Assembly (NCBI GenBank): GCA_950097015.1
Contig: CATNEN010000003.1
Coordinates: 186,001 to 250,000 of the forward strand
DNA: 64,000 nucleotides
Source: Macrostomum hystrix
Taxonomy: Eukaryota; Animalia; Platyhelminthes
Direction: 5' to 3'
Shown: positions 22,601 through 33,500 of the stretch, one piece after another
How the letters are laid out: each line of letters starts with the position of its first letter
How positions within the stretch are numbered: the stretch's first letter is position 1
Notes under the pieces: model-generated
The model's input: the letters and a program-made list of their open reading frames with translations, nothing else
What the model was told of the DNA's origin: nothing
The model's database searches: none
Program-made: the position numbers and the translations under genes

Positions 22601-25600
22601 AACCCGGGCAAAAGTTTCTTTGCCTTTCGCCGAGTTACCTACTTGGGCCACGAAGTCTCTGCTAGCGGTGTCTCTCCAGCCCTAGAGAAAGTCAAGGCCA
22701 TCCTTGACATGCCAGAACCACAGTCTGCGGACGATGTGCGACGCATCATCGGAATGCTAGGCTTTTATCGGCGGTTTGTGCCGAACTTCGCAGCTATCGC
22801 TCATCCGCTGCATCAGCTGACTCAGAAGGCCTCGAGCTTCCGTTGGACGGCGGACCACACGATTGCGCTTCAGCAGCTCAAGGCCACGCTCTCCAGTCCT
22901 CCTGTTCTTCAGCTGCCAGACTTCGAGCGGGAGATGTTAGTGAGCTGCGACAGTAGTGCCACGGCAATTGGCGCTGTGATCAGCCAGGTGAAGGACGGCG
23001 TCGAACTGCCCATCGCATACGCTTCCCGAACGCTGAACAAGGCCGAGAGGAACTACAGCGCGACCGACCGCGAGCTGCTGGCACTGGTCTGGGCGCTTAA
23101 GCAGTTCCGGATGTATCTGTACAACACCGCTTCTTTCAAGGCCTTCACAGACCACCAGCCCATCCTCGGGCTCCTCAACACCACTGAACCGACCGGTCGC
23201 CTTGCTCGTTGGCTGCAGCTGCTGCAGGAATTCTCCTTCCAACTGTTCTACCGGCCTGGCAAACTGAACATTGTGCCCGACGCCCTCAGCCGCGCTGCGG
23301 TCGCCGTGTCTGCTGACGATGCGACGCCAACGACAGCCGCCGAACAAGAGCTGGATCCGGTGCTCCTAGCTACTCGGCAAGCCATTCGAAACCCAGAGTT
23401 CTCCGTACCGACTGACATCCGACAACAGGTACAGCGTCTCCTTTCATGCAAACCGACGCTTGATCGAAGAGGCATCCTGAAGGTAAACAACGTTCCGGTG
23501 GTACCCCAGCATCGGCGGGAGGAGCTTATGCGTCAGGCTCATGACTCTCCATGCAGTGGTCACCTGGGAGTCAAAAAGGTTCTGCACAAACTGCGCTGCC
23601 GCGTCTGGTGGCCCGAGTTGCGTGCTGACGTCCGCGACTGGGTGAGCAGCTGCATAGTGTGCCAGCGCAGGAAACAGCCGCGTCAGCTGGCCAAGGCCCC
23701 ACTGGTGAAGACAGACATGCCATCTCGGCCGTGGCAAATCATGCAGCTGGACATCAAAGGTCCGCTGCCTCCAACAGATTCTGGCTGCAAGTACATTCTG
23801 TGCTTCGTGGACACCTTCTCCAAGTGGGTCGAGGCTGTCGCACTTAGGCAGATTGATGCGAGGACTGTGTCGGAGGCTCTGGTCACGAATGTGGTCCTCC
23901 GACATGGCGTGCCTGAAGTTATTCACTCAGACCAGGGCCGACAATTCGAAAGTGAAACGTTTCAGCACACCTGCCAGCTACTGGGCTCTGAGAAGACCCG
24001 CACGTCCCCGTTCCATCCGAGCGGCAACGCGAACGTCGAGCGCTTTAATCGGACACTTGGAGACATGCTAGCCGCCTTTTGCGCCGATAACCAGAACAGC
24101 TGGGACACCATGCTGCCCTTTGTGGTCTGGGCATACAACAGCTCGGTCCACAGTTCCACCGGCCAGTCGCCCTTCAGGACGCTACGTGGAGTCGAGCCGA
24201 GACTTCCGATCGATCTGATTCTCGGCCATGCAGACGGTGACGGCGGCGGCACGATAGGCACACCAGTGGACGGCACAGAACTTGGACGTCGCATCAGACG
24301 AGGCTTCAGCAGCATCAAGGCCAACCTGCAGGAGGCGCAGCGGGCCCAGCACAGGCAGTACAACAGGAAGGCCAGAATGCACGGCTTCCAAGTCGGTGAC
24401 ACAGTGATGCTCACCCACCACGTATTGAAAAAGGGTCAGTGCCGGTCTCTGTCCAACCGCTGGTCGGGCCCGTACAAGATTGTCAAGAAGATCGGTCCAG
24501 TCAACTTCCGCGTCCAAGCCATTCAGCCCGGAAGGCGTAAAAATCGTCGCTTAGTCGTTCATCACGACCGGCTAAAGCGATTCATCGAGCGACGATCCGA
24601 CCTTGGCAACGATGTCGAAGCTGCTAGCGACAATCGCCCCATTGGTCAACTGGCGCCAGCACCTCCGGACGCGCATCCAAAAACTACTGATGCTCGTGAT
24701 GTCTGGGACGACCTGCTGGGCTGCGCCGATGACGCTGCAGTGCCACTTCGGCGTTCGGGCAGGGAGAGACGACGTCCTGACTTCTTCCGCTCGTGCTGAG
24801 AGAAACTCGCTTTGCTATCTACTTTTATTATTATTTATTTTTATCCCTTTCTGAGGGGAAAGTGATGTAAAGGTTGTGGGTGTACATTGTACACTTTTAT
24901 TCCTGCCGCTTGGGTTGGTCGGTTCAGACAACCCCAAGCGGTTACGTAATTCGCTTTGTCATAAATATCGCTTGCACGCAAATATACTAATCAACCGTTT
25001 TCGCAAATCTTACAGTACTTAAGATTCTCTGACTCCTCAGGAATTGTACTTAAGATTCTCTGACTGCTCAGGAATTGTACTTAAGATTCTCTGACTGCTC
25101 AGGAATTGTACTTAAGATTCTCTGACTGCTCAGGAATTGTACTTAAGATTCTCTGACTGCTCAGGAATTGTACTTAAGATTCTCTGACTGCTCAGGAATT
25201 GTGCTTAAGATTCTCTGACTGCTCAGGAATTGTACTTAAGATTCTCTGACTGCTCAGGAATTGTACTTAAGATTCTCTGACTGCTCAGGAATTGTACTTA
25301 AGATTCTCTGACTGCTCAGGAATTGTACTTAAGATTCTCTGACTGCTCAGGAATTGTACTTAAGATTCTCTGACTGCTCAGGAATTGTACTTAAGATTCT
25401 CTGACTGCTCAGGAATTGTACTTAAGATTCTCTGACTGCTCAGGAATTGTACTTAAGATTCTCTGACTGCTCAGGAATTGTACTTAAGATTCTCTGACTG
25501 CTCAGGAATTGTACTTAAGATTCTCTGACTGCTCAGGAATTGTACTTAAGATTCTCTGACTGCTCAGGAATTGTACTTAAGATTCTCTGACTGCTCAGGA

Positions 25601-26497
25601 ATTGTACTTAAGATTCTCTGACTGCTCAGGAATTGTACTTAAGATTCTCTGACTGCTCAGGAATTGTACTTAAGATTCTCTGACTGCTCAGGAATTGTAC
25701 TTAAGATTCTCTGACTGCTCAGGAATTGTACTTAAGATTCTCTGACTGCTCAGGAATTGTACTTAAGATTCTCTGACTGCTCAGGAATTGTACTTAAGAT
25801 TCTCTGACTGCTCAGGAATTGTACTTAAGATTCTCTGACTGCTCAGGAATTGTACTTAAGATTCTCTGACTGCTCAGGAATTGTACTTAAGATTCTCTGA
25901 CTGCTCAGGAATTGTACTTAAGATTCTCTGACTGGTCAGGAATTGTGCATAGGATTCTCAGACTGGTCAGGGACTGTGCTGTAGTATTTTAATTGGTATT
26001 TGATTGGTATTTAATTAGCAACTTGATCCTTTGCTTGACCAGGGAGTTACAAAGACAGAACAGACTATTACTTAACTCATTACATTCATTCCATAATCTT
26101 AATTATCTTCTAGGGCCAGTCGAACAGCCTGGCCACGGTGGACGTCGCGGCCTCATTTGCTGGCCTGCCATTCAACTCCATGCTGTTGAGCGGCTTTTTT
26201 CTCGTGCTGATTACCTGGACTGGCCCTTTGTTCTATCTGCTGCTTCTGCTGTTAACTCTTCAGTCGGCAGGCTCGCGCAGTTCCAGCAGCGCTGATTTTA
26301 GCCGGGCTTCGAATTTGATTGGCCTGGCTCACCTGCTGGCTAGCTACAGCTGGTGCAGTCTGGCTTTATTCTGCATTGTTCAACGGCATCACTTGTTTGT
26401 GTGGACGGTGTACGCGCCCAAGTTCTGCTACAGCTCAGCCTATCTAGCCTTGTTGTCAGTGCTGTATCTGTTTACCGCAATATTTGGTGCTAATTGA
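16676..26497 (+). CDS. PIGG: GPI ethanolamine phosphate transferase 2 (GPI7/PIG-G). Exons 16676-16814, 16913-17124, 17825-18034, 18437-18628, 18705-19050, 19556-19791, 20017-20778, 26114-26497
   Basis: GFFP, LIDALRRD, PTVTLPRIK, FYGDDTW, ILHYLGLDHIGH, SDHGM..GGHGG, EEEHQLWYF, GQSNSLATVDV, RHHLFVWTVYAPK. All introns are GT-AG with compatible phases. Confidence 0.93.
17168..17712. repeat. ~49-bp minisatellite in PIGG intron 2
   Basis: tagcacatgttagactagctggggggtagtaacagtagatcggatgtga, about 10 copies. Confidence 0.93.
18114..18345. repeat. 20-bp minisatellite in PIGG intron 3
   Basis: Tandem gtattcagctgttcctctgg, degenerating 3'-ward. Confidence 0.88.
19145..19450 (+). mobile_element. Two degenerate tRNA-SINE remnants in PIGG intron 5
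   Basis: tagctcagtg...agttcacccagctataatgg and tagccaagtggtta...gagttcgaat...ttgtgtccttgag resemble the SINE at 43385. Confidence 0.45.
21202..25014 (+). mobile_element. Ty3/Gypsy LTR retrotransposon, 3813 bp, recent insertion
   Basis: 149-bp LTRs at 21202-21350 and 24866-25014 (TG...CA, one mismatch). 4-bp TSD GTAC, PBS TGGTGGCAGCG at 21352, PPT gaggggaaagtga before the 3' LTR. Confidence 0.97.
21401..24799 (+). CDS. Truncated gag fused to pol (RT-RNase H-integrase); protease absent
   Basis: Gag N-terminus PPKFSG...W; RT SPWAS, DLRQGF, YIDD; RNase H CDSS...NYSATDRELLA; integrase HHCC, DDE (SDQG, ERFNRT) and GPY motif. Confidence 0.93.
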   Translation: MATANSALLPPKFSGTDKADIRTWLRLFEEFAEDAEWDDAKSARKLKLLLTGEAQMYVWDLPEAKSKSYQTLLPARSVKVVTVKVDAVGAKGVFEPTQDFIDRSGLLPCRVFAVSTDAGELPVRVCNLGSEPVLLYPNQSMGTFEGAEAVEENGELHSWEPGDQVFNINPSLACSEKVQLTDLLKDYMDTVSQHEFDLGSAVGMQHQIQLNESARPVRQRPRRLALQLRKPVEEKLRLMQQNGVIEPSTSPWASNLIVAKKKNNDIRICVDWRALNDLTVKDAHPLPHLHQALDALAGCSWFSTIDLRQGFLQVELKEEDRPRTAFYTPSGLMQFRKMGFGMCNAPATYQRMMELIMSGLTWEEVIAYIDDIIIFNKSFSEHLASLRKVLNRLRSANLKLNPGKSFFAFRRVTYLGHEVSASGVSPALEKVKAILDMPEPQSADDVRRIIGMLGFYRRFVPNFAAIAHPLHQLTQKASSFRWTADHTIALQQLKATLSSPPVLQLPDFEREMLVSCDSSATAIGAVISQVKDGVELPIAYASRTLNKAERNYSATDRELLALVWALKQFRMYLYNTASFKAFTDHQPILGLLNTTEPTGRLARWLQLLQEFSFQLFYRPGKLNIVPDALSRAAVAVSADDATPTTAAEQELDPVLLATRQAIRNPEFSVPTDIRQQVQRLLSCKPTLDRRGILKVNNVPVVPQHRREELMRQAHDSPCSGHLGVKKVLHKLRCRVWWPELRADVRDWVSSCIVCQRRKQPRQLAKAPLVKTDMPSRPWQIMQLDIKGPLPPTDSGCKYILCFVDTFSKWVEAVALRQIDARTVSEALVTNVVLRHGVPEVIHSDQGRQFESETFQHTCQLLGSEKTRTSPFHPSGNANVERFNRTLGDMLAAFCADNQNSWDTMLPFVVWAYNSSVHSSTGQSPFRTLRGVEPRLPIDLILGHADGDGGGTIGTPVDGTELGRRIRRGFSSIKANLQEAQRAQHRQYNRKARMHGFQVGDTVMLTHHVLKKGQCRSLSNRWSGPYKIVKKIGPVNFRVQAIQPGRRKNRRLVVHHDRLKRFIERRSDLGNDVEAASDNRPIGQLAPAPPDAHPKTTDARDVWDDLLGCADDAAVPLRRSGRERRRPDFFRSC

Positions 26498-26739
26498 GAG
26501 TCGCTTTTGGTCGCGAAGTTTTTGCATTTATTGTGTCTTCGTGTTCGTGTACAGTTTTATTTTGTTAGATAAATACAAGCAGTTTTGTATCTAGCTCCTC
26601 TATTTGCAGCGTCTTCGATGTTATTTTTTTCAATCTTAAAGTAAGATTAAAGGCCAAGAAATTTGTAGATAGGCCTTTGCATCAATCGATATTTTAAGTA
26701 GAAAGTAAATACCGGTTGAGGTTTTTGGGCGGAAGTCAA

Positions 26740-27285
26740 CTATCTGCGAAGTGAGGTTAGGAGCAGAAGCCAATTATTTGCGAAGTGAGGCTAGGCGCAG
26801 AAGCCAATTATCTGCGAAGTGAGGTTAGGAGCAGAAGCCAATTATTTGCGAAGTGAGGCTAGGCGCAGAAGCCAATTATCTGCGAAGTGAGGTTAGGAGC
26901 AGAAGCCAATTATCTGCGAAGTGAGGTTAGGAGCAGAAGCCAATTATCTGCGAAGTGAGGTTAGGAGCAGAAACCAATTATCTGCGAAGTGAGGTTAGGA
27001 GCAGAAGCCAATTATCTGTGAAGTGAGGTTAGGAGCAGAAACCAATTATCTGTGAAGTGAGGTTAGGAGCAGAAGCCAATTATCTGCGAAGTGAGGTTAG
27101 GAGCAGAAGCCAATTATCTGCGAAGTGAGGTTAGGAGCAGAAGCCAATTATCTGTGAAGTGAGGTTAGGAGCAGAAACCAATTATCTGCGAAGTGAGGTT
27201 TTAGACAGGTGCAATTATCTGCGAAGTGACGTTTAGGACAGATGAAATTATCTGCGAAATGTGGTTAGGAGCAGATGCCAATTAT
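26740..27285. repeat. 34-bp minisatellite between PIGG and the AP5M1 coding region
   Basis: Tandem tatctgcgaagtgaggttaggagcagaagccaat. Confidence 0.93.
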
Positions 27286-27369
27286 CCACGGAGTCCTGAT
27301 GCCTTCACTATGGAGTGAGTCTTAAGCTAGTAACAGCCCTGGTTGGTTTTTATCTCACGCTACTTGCAG

Positions 27370-29393
27370 TCCGTGCTGTGCCTTGGCCTGTTCCGGCTGC
27401 GGGACACTGGTGGCAGCTTCTCAGGCCAGCCGGTGCTGCTGCACAGGTTCTCCGCAGCCTCGACTAGCCTGGCCGGGCTAAAAGCTGCCATGGACCAGGA
27501 GGAGCTAACTGGCTGCATTGTCCGCGCCTTGGGCCTCGCCCATCACTCTGAGGCCTTCACACCTGAGCGAGACTCCTGTCGTCTTCCGGCCACTAAGCCG
27601 GTCTTCTCCGTGCCCGTGCCCGGCGGTGTTTTGCGACCGCTGCTGGTGACTGAGCACAGTTCGCCAGGCGCGTTGCTATGGTGCCTTGGCAACGAGGATC
27701 ATGAGGACTCCGTGGTGGACGCATTCGCTCTGCTGGAAGCCGTCGGCGACTTTCTCGGTCCTCTGCCGAAGAGTTTCGGCCCGGAGGAGCCACGGCTAGC
27801 TGAATTGCCGCTTTTCCTGTCCTTCGCGTGTCCGTTCGGCAGTCCGCTGGCGCTGGATCAGCCGCTGTACCGGCACTTGTTCGACCAGACGCCCAGCCTG
27901 CCAGCACCCGGCAGCCGGGAGACTGCCGAATCGCCGCACACCGTCTGGACTGTTGGTGCGCCCGCAGACCGCAAGGTCAAGAAGGTGAGTTTGTGCAAGT
28001 AATACTCGCACTTTTCATAGGAATATAGAAAGAAGTTCAGAAAATTATCTTCTTTGATTGGCTGCAATTCTGCGCACAGAAGTAGCCCCTTATTAACGTT
28101 TTTCTACCACACAGGGCCCCACTGTGGCTCTGCAGTTATCAGAGCGAGTGTATTACTCATGCCAGGATGAGAATGCGAGCCACTCTCGCCAGGGTGATAA
28201 TTATCTGTGCTTTGGCGCTCTCACCTGTGACGCCATTCAACTCAAGGTAAGTTGAAAAAATCTGATTTGTTATCTATAATGTATCCTATGTTAGGCCAGT
28301 GACGCTGCATAAATGTGTCAATGCCAGTGATGCAGCATAAATATATCAACTTATGTTAATGTGCCAATTCCTTTGATGCAGCATTAATGTACCAACGCCT
28401 TTGGTGTATAATTGCCAGTGATGCAGCACGAAGTGCCAGAACTTACAGTGAAAATGTTAAATACCAGCCCGGAACCTTCCGCAGGAAAACTGCAGCCTGG
28501 AGGTTCGCCTGACCAGTCCTCGCCAGCGTCTCCATGGTGTGCTGGTGACGCCGCGCTGCACCTACTGGGATGCCACAGCACAGTCGGCCCGAATCAGGCT
28601 ACAGCCGCCGCGGCAGTCAGGTAGCCGTCTTATCACATACTGGCTCTCTCCACCGATGCAGCCGCTGGTTACTGGCTTCTACCAGGTAAATGTCTGGCCA
28701 CTATGGATGGCGACCAAAAAAGCTTCAAAACCGTAAAAAATAAATTTTCAGGTCCGACTTCAGCAGCAACAGGTACAGTCTCAATCATCTCATGGTCGTC
28801 AATCAGCGACCGTTCGCCTTCAATTGACCTTCGCCGATTCGGTGTGCCGCAACGGTGCCGCAAAGTGTGATCATTGCGAGGTGCATTTGCACTTGCCTGT
28901 TTGGGCTCCGCCGCCGCGCGATGCCAAAGTGGCCTGTAGCGTCGGCTCTGCTACGCTGAGTCAGTTGCAGCCCCAGGCTAGCTCTGCCGCTCGGCTTCTC
29001 GTATGGAATCTGACGGGTGCATTTGCTAAGCTATCAACCGGCACGCCTGTGTCCCTCACTGGCACTATCAGCCTTATGAAAGTGGCTGGGACCTCAATGG
29101 CAACTCGTGACGACATGACCTGCTGCGCTCGGTTGCACTTTCGGTTCTCACGGGCGACTTTGTCAGACGCCAAGGTTGAAGCTCAATTCGGCGGAGTCGG
29201 CGGTCCTGCCAACTCGGCATCAGCATCACCTGCTGCTACTGCTGTTTTGCCCAAATCGGCGCCGTCAGTGTCTGTCGCTGTTGAATCCGGCGACTGTGCC
29301 ATATGGAATTCATTTGGCGACGCTCCGACATCCTACAGGCCTGAGGATCGGCTGTTGAGCGCCGCTGCTGGGTTCGAGTCCCAGCCAGCTTGA
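27370..29393 (+). CDS. AP5M1: AP-5 complex subunit mu (MuD). Exons 27370-27984, 28115-28246, 28485-28685, 28752-29393; start codon unresolved
   Basis: ACPFGSPL, G.LTC, LVTGFYQ, CEVHLHLP, LVW...SLTGTI, LHFRF..TLS and terminal SGDCAIWNSFGDAP match AP5M1 hallmarks; phase-0 GT-AG introns. Confidence 0.78.
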
Positions 29394-30512
29394 GACCAGC
29401 TGTCCAAGCTATCCCTGCTGCTTGCCGTTTGCGAAATTCTTTCAAGGGGCTCGATTTTTATAATATATACCTTATACTCGTAAACTAACCATTTTGAAGA
29501 ATATTCTGCAAATTTCGATTTTTGATTGTTGGTTTGTTTTAGCTCGTAATACGTAAATCACCCTAAATGTTCATCTCATTGACTGATGATGATTAGTTAA
29601 TTATACATAATTTTTTTTCATTTATTAGTCGTTCGCAATGTGCCAAAAGTTTCGTCTTTTCATCAGTATTTTGCTCTCACTATTTTTTGCATTCTTACAA
29701 AATCTTTGACGTTGAAATTAAGGCTAGCTTACTTGAGCAACACAAAATTACGCTCGTAGAACAACAATTCATTATGATGAATGCTATACTCCTACTTTGC
29801 AACTTCAGCGTATTATAATAAATAAATCTTGAGCGCGCTGAACATCCCACCTCAAATTATTTGATGCACCCTCGCTCACCAGTAAACTACAAGTCATTCT
29901 ATTTGTAAGCAGTACTTTGGTGGCAAATAAAAAACTTATCAGCTCGAAGTCCTAATGTCGTGAGATATGCTTTTTTATAGACTACTTCAAATTTGCGCTC
30001 CTGGTGACACGAAAATACACATTAAAATCATCGAACTCGTAGTAGTTGCCTATCATTCGCATTGTGTGCCTTAATAAATTGCTGAAGAAAAAATGTTGTG
30101 TCTTTAAAAGGAAGATAGTTGAGTAAAAAGGGGAATGCAATTACATGTACAAGCATCTCAGGGCTTAAACTCTAGAACTAGAGGACATGTTTAACCATTT
30201 AGTACAAGTGGATTAATTGTGTATTCGTAAAAACGAGCGCACAAGATATAACATTTAAATATGAGGGCCCATGATCAATTTTCGCCTTTGTAGGCACTTG
30301 AAAAATTAAATTATGATTGCATTATACTGTACAAAATTATAATCGTAAGAAATTTTAGCATGCCTTTAATTCATGCGTCCGCTTTGTATATTCTTCTATT
30401 TGGAAATGTTCCATCTGAATCTGAAGAACTGCCATTAGTAAAGCTAATGGATCATGTATGAGCAGGCCTCGCTAAAGTTGCGCGGCTGTTTAGTTTCGTT
30501 TGATTAATCCAG

Positions 30513-33500
30513 TCAGAGCCACGTGTCTTCGTCCGCCCCAGCGGCACCAGCTGTTGATGGCACTTGAAGTTGAACTCTCAGCCGAAAGTCACTGCCGGGC
30601 AGCTCCGGCTCAGTGCCAGTGTCGACCAGACGGCTTCTGGTGCGAAATTCAAGGCCCGCTGGGTCTTGTGATGCTCCTGGAGCAGATACCACTACAAGGT
30701 ACAGTGGATTAACTATTAAGAGTTTCGAATAGAATTTCCGCATTGCCTACATACAGTATTATGCACTTGCTTTATTTATCACAAAATCATTTAATCACTG
30801 GGAAACTTATAAACTGCTAGTATGCAGCTCGTAACAATAATTCTTGCAGTGGACGCGACCCTAGCTCGGCCCGTGACGAGACTATTCTGTCCTTTCCGCT
30901 GAGCACAAATGTTCGTGAGCAAACAGCCGTAGTTCTAATTCTAACAGCCGTGCTCAAGGGACCTTTGTTGTGACAGTCGGATGCGCCCCTCAATCCACAC
31001 GTGGACTTGGATATATGTACGTGGTAAGTTTCACTATTCATTGAGCGAACTTAATGCTTATAAAACAGGAGGAAAAAGCTTAATACTTGATACTTCTGAG
31101 TGAGAAAATCTGAAATCCTCACCAGGCTTGGTCGCTGCTCTACTGCCTGCCTTAATGATACGCGTCGTGATTTTGTCTCCGTCCACCGAGTCCACAACAG
31201 CTGCAGAAGTAGTCTTCGTCTCAGACCAGTTGTTTGCGCATCCCCCAGCTGAGCTGGGAATCGACGACCTCCTACTGTTCATTCCTGTCGTCACATAGCT
31301 AATCGAGCTGTCCAAGTAGTCATAGTCCAAATCACTGTCTTCCCAGTTCTCTTCGGGCCCTCCTCCCTGAAGTCGACGCCAATAGTTGTCGACATCAGAG
31401 GCAGTCAGCGAAGCGTGCGCGTGCAGCATGAGACCTGACATGCCAGCGCCGACGCCAGTTCGTTGATCCTGTCCCCGTCGCCAAGTCCAAGCGTCCCTCT
31501 CGACTTCCGCTGAGTCGGCAGTAGACAAGTTGCTATTGAACACATCAGACAAGTCTGTGTCGAGTTCCTGACTTTTCACTTCTCCAGCGAGTCTTCGATG
31601 CATGCCGTGAGTGAGCCGATCTATCCGCGAGTTTGACACATCTTCCGATTTGTCAGAGTCAAAGCTGAACACGGAGGATGAGGCAATCATTTCTGCATAG
31701 TCTTCATCTGTCAGTGCTGGTGGCTTAGATAGCAGTTCGGACTGGATCTTCAAGATCAAGATGCAGATATTTTCCGTGGAACCATATGCCTGTTCGTTAA
31801 TAAGAAACTTTAGATGCACTATCAATCGCAGAAAACACTCACACTACTTCATGAGAAAAATCTACGTCACTATGACCATGAAATTAGGACAAAGCACTAA
31901 AAAATACCTGAGCAAGATCTACGAGTCTCTTGGCAGCCGCCACAGGATGTGAAATCCGTGCCACCTCGGCTGCCGCCTCTTCGTGGCCAACGAAAGACCA
32001 AAGTCCGCGATTCGCTACTATTAGGGCGTCGTCCGCTTCGGTTAAGTTAATCTGTGTCACCTGGGGATCTGGCACAACGACTGGATGCAGCGAGGACCAT
32101 CCCAGCATTCTTGTACACCTTTGAACAAGTTGGCTTGTGAATGAGCACTCATCTCACCTTAGAACTACGTTACTTGAAAGAAAATTTCAAACCCACCTGC
32201 CCTGTCCATTGATGCGACCGTCGTCTGTGATAATTCCTCCTGCCCGTGCTACCCGATTCGCTTCGTCGCGATCCCGCTGAGCGAGGAAGCAGCGCGTCAG
32301 CCGCCTCACTGTAGCATCAGCCGCGACCCCGACGGATGCCGGCCGCTGAACAAGTATCACTTCGACGTCGCCTGCATTCGCCGTTGTAACCTGGAGTGGC
32401 GAAAGAAAAAATGGATGTCGGACGTATCATAGCATGACTGTCTGAAAATACAATGTAGGCGACGTAAATAGCTTGTACAGGTGTAACTCTTCGTTCCTGG
32501 GTGTGATTTTTATAATTAATGAGGCAATGATGTTCTATAGTCCCATTAATTGCAAGGTTGTCTCAAGATCTTATTCCCACCTGCCAGTGTCCAAGCCACC
32601 GTTTGAGATGCAGCGCGACACCAGCTGCTCCTCTTCGCCTTCCGAGACCACGCAGTCGCCGATGGCAGGTGAGCAGAGCACGACGCAGCGCCCGCGCTTC
32701 TGGCGCCGCAGAAGCGGTTGAGGAGGCCGCTGTTGACGCCGCTGCTGCCGAAGAAACATTTTGGAGCTCCGACTTAAAGGCTCGGCAGAACTCCGCCTGT
32801 AATCGCTGAGCCAATGCCGCGTCTCCGTCGCCGTCGAACATGCTGAAAAGGCCAGCATCAGGCGTCGGGTAGGGCATCCTCTTCGCAACAGAGACGCTAA
32901 TTACGTGGCGCTTCGCCCGACTGCTGCCTGCTGTCTCCGCCAGACCAAACTGGAACGGCCCGACACTGCGCACGGAGCTCATTGATCTTCGCGGAATCTG
33001 AGCCACACTGCGCTGCGACTGCAGTAGCTGCGGCGGTTGCAGGAACAAGGGAGACTCGGCTGAGGAGGTATCGACGGTGTGGATCGGGCTGGAGCTTCTG
33101 AAAGGTTACAGTCGATCAAGTTTTAAAAGCGAAATGCTGTTGAGTTGGTCTGAAGTTTTATAATGCTTTCCAAGTATTCTTCCCAATATATAAATGGATA
33201 AATAGATGGCCCAAGCCAATATAATATTTACTCATATTTTTATTTACTTGAACATAAGCTCGTAAATTTAACAACATGGCTCTAGAATACCTTCTATACG
33301 TTTCCGTGATCTTAGTTTGACTTTAAGTATGCTGCAACCCTATCCATCTGGCCCTAAAAATTTATAATAAATTGTAAAAATGTATATCTATTTTATTAAT
33401 TCTCTCAATTTTGTGTGAACAGTTGGTGAGCAATGTTCACCGTACAGTCTCTGTGATTGATTGTAATATATTTGCGGGCGGTCCAAAAGTATCTTATTAT

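Larger units (their letters stand above)
20880..25975. repeat. 31-bp minisatellite in PIGG intron 7, split by a Gypsy insertion
   Basis: caggaattgtacttaagattctctgactgct; about 10 units at 20880-21201 and about 30 units at 25015-25975. Confidence 0.95.

Noticed and set aside
21958-24517. Antisense and alternative-frame ORFs over the Gypsy pol, AP5M1, PHLPP and GPCR exons
   Set aside because: Shadow ORFs of GC-rich coding sequence with no recognisable motifs.
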